Source: a virus (taxonomy: Duplodnaviria > Caudoviricetes). Taken from it: a DNA stretch of 30,137 nt. Below the pieces are notes generated by a model that saw only the letters and a list, made by a program, of their open reading frames with translations, searched no databases and was not told the DNA's origin. How positions within the stretch are numbered: the first letter of the stretch is position 1; the number at the start of each line of letters is the position of its first letter. The DNA lies in IMG/VR virus record IMGVR_UViG_3300050032_000061, positions 1 to 30,137 of that record, one strand, 5' to 3'. Positions 8,451 to 16,400 of this stretch are shown piece by piece. A program made the translations under genes and the position numbers.

Positions 8451-9818
8451 ATGGCACTCGGCACAGAAGCAGCCGTAGAATCCGTAGAAGTAGAAGCGTT
8501 TGCAACCACAATCCCATCGCTCATCCCCATGAGCAAGACGCTCTATTCGCTTGCACAGGAACGCTTTACCAAGATTCCTGTATCCTTTCAAACCCTCGCG
8601 GGCGCTGTCGGCGGCCAAAGTTCCGTGGCCCGTCCTTCCTTCCGCGTTCCGTTCCGTGTCCAGGGTGGCGCTTATATCTCCCAGGGCACCGGCGACGGCA
8701 ACTCTCTTGGACGCGGCAACTCGTCCGTGTGGCAGGACTTCACTCTCTCGCCCCTTTGGCACTATGCCGTCAACGAGGTAACCCACCTTTCGCAGCTTGC
8801 CACCAACGGCAAGAAACGCGGGCTTATTTCCTTGAAAGCTGAAGAGTTGAAGAATTCACTCGACAGCGCCATGGCTGGTATCGAAGGTCTGATGTATGGC
8901 GACTCTTCGGGCGCCATCACGCAGATCCCCACCACAGCTACCATCGTCACCACCGGCCCCGGTTCCATCACCGGTGTGCGTGCGATGGCTTTCACGGATA
9001 ACCAGGTGGTGCAGTTCTTCCCCAGCGAGGGCGGAACTGTACGCGGGTATGCCACTATCAGCGTGAATGACCCAGTGACGTCCACGCTCTACTTTCTTGG
9101 GGGACTGGCTGCAAACTCCAGCACTCTCACCAATGGAACCTCTCTCGCAACGACCGTTCTAGCGGGCGACTATATCATGATCGCCGGCTCTTCGGGCGTT
9201 ACCGGTGAAGGAATCTACGGCACAACTGCTTGGATCAACTCGGCAACCTCCGGGTACCAGGCCGGCGTCAACCGCGCCACCTACCCCAGCCGCGTTTCTT
9301 CGCCGTCGATCAACCTGAACGGGGGCGCTGTAACCGCAAGCCTCTCTCAGCGCATCGAAGCATTGCTCGGACGCGCGATGGGCGGCTCCAATAAGACCAA
9401 GGATTCCGGCATCTACCTCTTTGGCGAGGACCAGGCTTTCGCAGTTGCGCAGACGAACTACTATAACAAGCAGATCGTCTTGCAACAGTCCTCAAATGAA
9501 GGGAATACCGGCAAAGTGCCGGATGTGAGCAAGAAGTATTTCCAGGGCACCTTTGGTGGCCGGGATGTGCATCTTAGCTATGTCCAGCCTCTTGGCCGCA
9601 TCGACATGCTGCTCACTGCCGACTGGTATCTCGGCGAGTTGGTTCCGCTGCAACTGTACGATTTCGGCGGCGGCAACACGACCATGCCGGTTCCCGATCC
9701 TTCAAACAATGGCTGGCTGACCACCAATCAGTTTGCCTATGAACTGTCCTTCAACATGGCCTGTAGTGCGCCGAGACATCAGTTGTATGTTTACGGCGCC
9801 AGCAGCCCAACTATCTAG
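8451..9818 (+). CDS. Major capsid protein (HK97 fold)
   Basis: GGGAG SD and ATG 8451; 455 aa after the scaffold; spine-helix-like ELKNSLDSAMAGIEGLMYGDSSG; highly biased codon usage; followed by a stable hairpin. Confidence 0.85.
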   Translation: MALGTEAAVESVEVEAFATTIPSLIPMSKTLYSLAQERFTKIPVSFQTLAGAVGGQSSVARPSFRVPFRVQGGAYISQGTGDGNSLGRGNSSVWQDFTLSPLWHYAVNEVTHLSQLATNGKKRGLISLKAEELKNSLDSAMAGIEGLMYGDSSGAITQIPTTATIVTTGPGSITGVRAMAFTDNQVVQFFPSEGGTVRGYATISVNDPVTSTLYFLGGLAANSSTLTNGTSLATTVLAGDYIMIAGSSGVTGEGIYGTTAWINSATSGYQAGVNRATYPSRVSSPSINLNGGAVTASLSQRIEALLGRAMGGSNKTKDSGIYLFGEDQAFAVAQTNYYNKQIVLQQSSNEGNTGKVPDVSKKYFQGTFGGRDVHLSYVQPLGRIDMLLTADWYLGELVPLQLYDFGGGNTTMPVPDPSNNGWLTTNQFAYELSFNMACSAPRHQLYVYGASSPTI

Positions 9819-9837
9819 CCAACTAACTGAAAACAAA

Positions 9838-9859
9838 GGGGCTGTAGCAATACAGCCCC
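9838..9859. terminator. GC-rich hairpin after the capsid gene (terminator-like or mRNA stabiliser)
   Basis: GGGGCTGTA-GCAA-TACAGCCCC, 9-bp stem with a GNRA loop. The U-tract exists only on the minus strand (AAAACAAA upstream on +). Confidence 0.55.
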
Positions 9860-9877
9860 GCAACACAAGGAGACCAA

Positions 9878-10327
9878 ATGTCAAAGCAACATGAACCGAT
9901 GGAAGTAATTGACCGGCGAACAAAACTGGACACTGAACCTGCCAGTGAGGAAGCGCAGACGCTTGTTTTAGAGCCGGAGCTATCCCTCGTTGATATTGAT
10001 CGCGTCTACGATGATCCGCTGCCTATCTTCGACCGCGTGCTCATCCGGCGCAATGCAGAGGCAACCACCTTTGCCGGAACCAGTTTCTTCATTCCAGAAT
10101 CCGCGCGCAAGTCGGCAAACCGGGGTGTTGTTGTGACAACTGCCAAGTTCTACATCGTGGAAGGAAAGTCCTTTCCTATGAAAGAATTAGTAGTTCCTGG
10201 CGACATAGTGACATTCAGCGGGTTCAATACTGAAGACATTGAACTAGATGAGGGCACATTCACCCTTTGCAGCGTTTTCGATCTCAAACTGATCGAGAAG
10301 TGCCACTTCAAATTGGGGGTTAGTTAG
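9878..10327 (+). CDS. groES: GroES/Cpn10-like co-chaperonin with N-terminal extension
   Basis: P.FDRVLIRR, mobile loop TTFAGTSFFIPESA, RGVVV, V.PGDIVTFS, IELDEG.F.L....DL align by eye with GroES; AAGGAG SD. Confidence 0.8.
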   Translation: MSKQHEPMEVIDRRTKLDTEPASEEAQTLVLEPELSLVDIDRVYDDPLPIFDRVLIRRNAEATTFAGTSFFIPESARKSANRGVVVTTAKFYIVEGKSFPMKELVVPGDIVTFSGFNTEDIELDEGTFTLCSVFDLKLIEKCHFKLGVS

Positions 10328-11041
10328 ATGCAACTGGCCCACAGCGCCGCGCCGGAGCGCCTAAAGCCGCCTGAGCACTTCCAACGCCGACTCACAGAGG
10401 CTGGCGGTTTCAATCGCTACCGCCAGCCCCGCTTCAAACTCGCCTGGGCGCAAACGGAGACGATCCGCCGCGGTGGAGAGTTTGAGACAATGGGCGAAAC
10501 GCACACCGGCTATCGGGATGAGTTGCTTGCCGATGGTCTGCCACATTGGATGCTCTTGCAATGGGTAGATGCTGGTATGTGCATTGAAATGCCGCATATT
10601 CGTCCGCAGTCAGACGTAGCATTTTACTCTGAGAATTGTTGCCCAAAGACCGGACTTCAGATTTTAGGCGAATATCCCTACCACGGCAGCTATCAGATTG
10701 CGCTTAACTTGTGCGCCAAAATCTTCAATGAAGGTAAACTCTACATCGAGGCATTTCCGCTATCGACGGAGATTGTAGAAATGATGGTGCCTGTTATCAA
10801 GGCCTCTCTGCTGCTTTCGCATGAGTGCAAAATGCGCTTCATGCGAGAACAGAACGAGAAGGAAGAAATGGAACGCACCAAAGCTATCGGTGATGCCTAC
10901 GATTCCATCAAAATCAATCCGAATCTTCATACCTCATGGCTTGAAGATAAACAGCGTTCTATTGAGCGCAACTTCAACGCGGCACTCGTCACAATGATGC
11001 ACCGCAACCGCACTATGCAATCCCAAAGGAGACTCAACTGA
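10328..11041 (+). CDS. Hypothetical protein
   Basis: 237-aa ORF abutting both neighbours. Confidence 0.75.
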   Translation: MQLAHSAAPERLKPPEHFQRRLTEAGGFNRYRQPRFKLAWAQTETIRRGGEFETMGETHTGYRDELLADGLPHWMLLQWVDAGMCIEMPHIRPQSDVAFYSENCCPKTGLQILGEYPYHGSYQIALNLCAKIFNEGKLYIEAFPLSTEIVEMMVPVIKASLLLSHECKMRFMREQNEKEEMERTKAIGDAYDSIKINPNLHTSWLEDKQRSIERNFNAALVTMMHRNRTMQSQRRLN

Positions 11042-11871
11042 TGGAAGCCATCGAATACAAACCGGAAATAGCCGCGAGACATGCTGCAGCCGTCAATGAG
11101 CAGTTCTTTCCTGTTAATATCACCGAAATTCAGGAGAACTTTGCTCCGTCGTCAACACCAATCTATGTTTACAATGTAGCGCCGCTTGAATTCAACGAGC
11201 CGCGCTTCCCAAACCATCCGCATATGCTTATTAGGGCGTGTCCGACGGATGAGGCCTATACGCTGGTCAATTCAATCACGCATCCCTTTCCAGAGAGCTA
11301 CCGTGACGAGAACGGCAACCGGCTCGTGCGGTGGATTAACGGATACCGCGAAGCCACGCGTATGCTTGCGCCGGGAAACCCCGGAACCGATCAGAACTTT
11401 TCGGATGTGAACGCGCTCAACGTGGGCGGGAACCTGAACAACTTCGGGGTCTTCTGGAGTACGAACAATCCGCCAACTTCACAGGAACTCAAGGCAGCCC
11501 GCAAGCGAATGGAGACAACTTTCCAGAACGAATTATCAGAACTGGCCAAAATCGAAGCCGGTCCTGGCGGAGTGAACGAGGCGGCTGGCCGTGCCAACCG
11601 AATCAGCCATGCTGCAGTCGAACATTTCAACAAGTTCCGGCTTGCCGGCAAGAAACTCTCCTATTCCTGGCATCGTACAGATTTGGTGCCTGACCAGGCA
11701 GAAATGAACAAGGTGAATTGCGGTGCCTGCGGCGAGAGCATTCAGCCGACCGCGCGTATCTGCATTCACTGCGGCGCTCCAACGGACGATGAAAAGCTTG
11801 AACGCTGGATCGAACAGAAGTTTTCAGAAAAACGAGGACCGGGCAGGCCGCCTAAAGAGGAAGCGGCCTAA
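11041..11871 (+). CDS. Hypothetical protein with C-terminal zinc ribbon and AT-hook-like tail
   Basis: CGAC-x10-CIHCG followed by KRGPGRPPK; AGGAG SD; TGATG overlap. Confidence 0.75.
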   Translation: MEAIEYKPEIAARHAAAVNEQFFPVNITEIQENFAPSSTPIYVYNVAPLEFNEPRFPNHPHMLIRACPTDEAYTLVNSITHPFPESYRDENGNRLVRWINGYREATRMLAPGNPGTDQNFSDVNALNVGGNLNNFGVFWSTNNPPTSQELKAARKRMETTFQNELSELAKIEAGPGGVNEAAGRANRISHAAVEHFNKFRLAGKKLSYSWHRTDLVPDQAEMNKVNCGACGESIQPTARICIHCGAPTDDEKLERWIEQKFSEKRGPGRPPKEEAA

Positions 11872-11877
11872 CAATCT

Positions 11878-11955
11878 TCCAAGGGCAGAGCGGGTCATTT
11901 ATCGGTGGCATAGAGGATGGTCTCCATCAACTGTCAGCCCTGCAAAGCCCTTGGA
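11878..11955 (+). other. Long irregular intergenic stem-loop
   Basis: TCCAAGGGC (11878-11886) pairs with GCCCTTGGA (11947-11955), with inner GCGGG/CCTGC and GATGG/CCATC stems. Confidence 0.5.
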
Positions 11956-11972
11956 TGTAAGATGAGGTGGAC

Positions 11973-12797
11973 ATGCCGATTGGCGGGAACAATGCGTACC
12001 CTTCTCTGGAAACTATCGCCAACCTTGCGCGCAGTAAGGTAAACGACGATAAGGCTGGTGCCACGGGTAGGCCTGGCGAGGGCCAGATCCTCACTGATTC
12101 GAGTGTTACCCTCCAGAACTTCATGAATTCATCCATCCGCGATACCTACCGCGATGTGCGAATCATGGGGCAGCCAACACTGATTGCCGACAATTACATC
12201 ATCTACAATCTACCGCCGGTCAACTCAGAGTGGGGCGTAGGGGCAATGAATCCTGCAGTGCAGACATCGCTGCAATTCACAGGCTTCTTTGATGGTCTGC
12301 TGAACTGGCCAAACGTCCTGCTCCCCGGAAATCTGCTTTACCCACTGGAAATGTGGGAACGTCAGAGTGGGTCAAACTATCCCTTTCATAAGATGCGGCA
12401 ATCAGAGGGCGCGCTGGCTCCGCAGAACCAGGTGCAAGCATTAGGCGAGTGGGAATGGCGCACCGATGGTATTTGGATGCATGGCGCGACTGGCTATATG
12501 GACATTCGCCTGCGTTACGTTCTCACCTTTGCCGATTTGGCTTTCTCGTCAATCAACTGGGAAACGACCTATGTCCCAATTCTTGATTGCCAGGAAGCTG
12601 TCGCAGATAAGATTGCGGCGCTGCATTGCTCTCGTCTCGGCGGCGCGGCTTTAGCCGATGCCCGCTTGGATGCAAAGGCATCCATCTTCAAACTCAGGCA
12701 GCAAATCACGCGAGACCGTCAGATGATCGACTATCAACGCCAGCCCTACGGAAACGGAAAAGCTGGAGCAGCCGGAAGGCCCAACGCACTTTACTAG
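11973..12797 (+). CDS. Head-tail adaptor (P22 gp4 / T7 gp11-like)
   Basis: GAGGTGG SD and ATG 11973; helical N-terminus (LETIANLARSKVND), beta middle, helical C-terminus; first gene of the tail block. Confidence 0.65.
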   Translation: MPIGGNNAYPSLETIANLARSKVNDDKAGATGRPGEGQILTDSSVTLQNFMNSSIRDTYRDVRIMGQPTLIADNYIIYNLPPVNSEWGVGAMNPAVQTSLQFTGFFDGLLNWPNVLLPGNLLYPLEMWERQSGSNYPFHKMRQSEGALAPQNQVQALGEWEWRTDGIWMHGATGYMDIRLRYVLTFADLAFSSINWETTYVPILDCQEAVADKIAALHCSRLGGAALADARLDAKASIFKLRQQITRDRQMIDYQRQPYGNGKAGAAGRPNALY

Positions 12798-12806
12798 GAG
12801 AAAAAC

Positions 12807-13463
12807 ATGGCAACCGCAGTTTTGACAAAAACTCTCTACAATGCACCTTATGGTCTGGACCTCACCGCGACCAGAACCTACGAGCATGGACTCCTCAGTT
12901 TTGCGGCAGGTGATTACGTTGCTGGCGGTTTATTGCCCAACTGGAGTCCAACCTCAAAAGCCTTGACTCCATTTCAAGATACTTCTGCACAGAATGTTGC
13001 AGTCGGGCATTTTACGCAGCCGGCCTCTTTCACAATTACCAATATTGCGCTCACATCAAACGTGGTAACGGTGACGGCAAAACACAGCCTCGTTGCAGGT
13101 CAGTGGGTGACATTCTCTGGATTGACTACGGCGCCATTCCTTAATGGCTTGACACTCCAGGTAGCATCTGTGAGCACAACCGTTTCCTTTACGGTGGCTT
13201 TCACTCATGCCAATGTAGGGAGCGCGGCAGAGACAGGCAACGCGGTCCAGATCATTGGGCCGGATACGCTTTGGCTTCAAAGTATCTCAGGTTCCGGCTG
13301 GATTTACGGCTACAACAAAGCCAACGGAACTATTCAGATATTCACCGTCGATGCTGCTGTCGTCTCAACTCAATACGCGCTGATCGAACTCGCTGCCGGC
13401 GCACTCCCAAGTACCGTGGTAAGCGATATTGTGGAGTTTGAGGCGGAATGGGTCAGGGCTTAA
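12807..13463 (+). CDS. Virion structural protein with inserted beta-barrel (FCCH-like) domain
   Basis: AGGAG SD; ITNIALTSNVVTVTAKHSLVAGQWVTFSG...FLNG....V motif typical of phage tail-associated FCCH-like domains. Confidence 0.65.
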   Translation: MATAVLTKTLYNAPYGLDLTATRTYEHGLLSFAAGDYVAGGLLPNWSPTSKALTPFQDTSAQNVAVGHFTQPASFTITNIALTSNVVTVTAKHSLVAGQWVTFSGLTTAPFLNGLTLQVASVSTTVSFTVAFTHANVGSAAETGNAVQIIGPDTLWLQSISGSGWIYGYNKANGTIQIFTVDAAVVSTQYALIELAAGALPSTVVSDIVEFEAEWVRA

Positions 13464-13475
13464 TCGGAGGAAACC

Positions 13476-16400
13476 TTGGGCCACGACCTTAAAGGCCGCA
13501 TGTCGGCTATGCTGGAAACCTTTGCGGGTGTTGTGACGCTTACTCAGCCTCATGACACCCCTGAAGGTGGCAGCCCTAGAAATACCAATTGCGATTACGC
13601 TGTCGGCTCCGTCTTCTCTCGGCAGGGGCTCGTGAACCCCTTTACCTATTCAGGCAACTCTGTGGGACCGTCTCCGGGTAGTTCCGCAGTAGATACATCG
13701 ATTGGTGGATCAGTCTGGGCAAACCCTGGCAATGCATTGCTAAATACAGGCGTATATGCAACAGCCAACCTGTTTACGTCTGTTTCCGCATCTTCGGCAA
13801 CCTCAAATGGTTCATCTGTTGGTGGCGGCGTAGCATGGACGAATCCTACCAATATCGACAGTAATAGCGCCTTTGCAACCGTCTCGCTCTCATCGGGAGG
13901 CGGCGGCAACGTGACACCGAATCAGACAAATGGTTCTGTGAACGCAACCGCGACATCTACTGATCAGTATGTTGATAAAACAACGACACTGCTTGGTTTT
14001 AATTCAACTCCAGCCACTTCTGCGACTCTCTATGTAGCAGTGGCGAGCGGCATGATCGTATCTGATGTTGGTTACGTCAACCTGAATTATTCTATAGACA
14101 GCGGAGTGACCTGGACAACAGTTTACCAATGGAGTAACCCTTTTGGGCCAATTACTGTTCCGATCTTAATTTCTGGCATCACCAATCTCAGTACCGTTCG
14201 TGTCCAGATTGAAGTCAACATAGAATGGGGTAGCCGTGGATCCGCACCGGTAACACTGACAGCGCATATAACAAACTGGTACGCCGTAATTCCTTCTGGC
14301 TCTAGCCCAACCGCGCAAACCCTGAGCGCAGCCATCACGGGATTATGGATACCCAGCACAGCAACCATTACCGGAGTGGGGATTTCGTTCAATGCGGATT
14401 ATAGCGGGGCCGCTCCCTCATTTCAGGTGGCGCTTTCGGTAGGCAATGTTACTGATGCTGTTACGCTCACAACTAGTCCCACTGTCTATACGGAAGGCGG
14501 CAACGGATCTTTGTGGGGGTATTCAAGCTGGACGCCTTCGACGCTTTCCACGCTTCAAGTGAACCTCTTTGCATCAACAACTGGAACCACAACCGTCAAC
14601 GTGAATGAGTTGCAGGTCACTGTTTACTATTCTGGTGCAATCGCAACAGACGCACTTGATATTAAGCAGTTCGGGTTCTCGCTTCCCGCGACGGTAACGC
14701 CGCAAGGATTCACTTTAGCTATCAAAGGTTATGCCTCCGCAGCCAGTACCCTCAACGTGCAAATGCTCAAGGCGGGCGTCCCGGTCGGGAATGTTGAATC
14801 GGTTGCGCTCAATGTAGGCTCTGTAACCACGCTTTCGCTTGGCGGCATCAATGATCTATTTGGAGGAACATGGATTTATTCAGACCTCAACAATACAACT
14901 TTTGGGGTGCGCCTAACCGCAACAGGAAACAACGCGGCTGAAGTATTTATAGGATATGTGACGCTCAAGGCAGATTTTCTGCCGACACAAGAGAACTTTA
15001 ATTTCATCGCTACCTATGAAGATGCATTCGGCAACATCTACAATGTGGCTCTCGATGCGTCAGGCGAGTTTTGGATTGAATATGTGAGCACGAATCCCGG
15101 CGTGTTGGTTCCCCTATTTGGTGGGCCTCCGGCTAATAGTTTCGCCAGTTCATTCACAGCCAACTCGCGCCAATACATTGCAATTTCTGATCTTCTACAA
15201 GGCAGCTATCCTCCTCAACAGATTGTGGGCACAACCCCCGCACAGACTGGATGGAATGATCGCGTTTCGCAGGTAGGCCCAGGCGCGCCCCCATCCTTCA
15301 GTGGAACATTAGCCGCAAGTAATTCAATTTCCATCACAGCCTATTCATATTCCTCCGGCATCCTCACGCTTACGGCAACCAATACGCTCACGGCGGGCGA
15401 GGTCATTGTCATAAATGCGCTTTCTACAGATCCTCTTTATGCGCTGAATGGAAAGCTATTCAACGTACTTGGCACAGGTTTAGGGCCGACCGCCTTTGAG
15501 ATTGCAGAGACTACGGTGACGGGTAGCGGAAGCACGACCGCCCAAGCAGCCTCACAATATACTTATCCGGTTGTGGCTTCCCCCAACGGCATCACGCAGT
15601 TTCCTTTCTGGAATTCCGCACAGGGCTATCAGAGCCAATTGGACGACATACTCTGGAGCGCCGGGCCGGGCTCGACTAGTTCTGGAAACGTGGTCACTGT
15701 CTACTATCTGAACGCTTATACGCATCAGACGGGCGTAGATGCAAATCTTGCCAAAGCTATACAGCAGGCTCTTTTCCCGGTCTATGTCTATGTGAGTGGG
15801 ACGAATATGCCTGTTGCGAACGGAACCCAACTGGTAACAGGAACAGGAATTGGCACTCCTCCGGGAGGAGGCGACCAGCGCTACTATTTCACCTTCAATG
15901 TAGCATCTTCAAGCTATAGCAATATCGGCGGCGGTTCCAATGCGCAGCCGGGACAATACCGCCTGACTGTAGCCACCCTAACAACTTCGCTTCCCCTTCC
16001 CGGTGTACAAACGGGTGATGCGGTCACAATTTCAGGCGATCCGGTCCCGGCATGGGACAATACTTGGCCTATCGTGAACGCACTCAATTCCGGCTCCTAT
16101 TCGATCTCACAGACTTCAATGGCTGCTGGGATCGCTACCTACAGTTGGGCGCTCTCGGGTGCAACTTCTACACCTCCAGCCGCGGGCCAATTAGTCACCG
16201 TAACTGGAACGCTGAACGGAAATGGCATCTTCAACGTTACCGATGCGGAGATTGCCACGGTTACGGGGACAAGCTCTGGCACTTTTACCGTGGCCGGCTT
16301 CGGCGCGCAGACGTTTTCAACGCAAGCGGAAGTCGCTCAGGCGACTACTTCGGGGACTAAATTCCAGATTGATCCGGGCGCATTGACCCTTGGCAACGCG

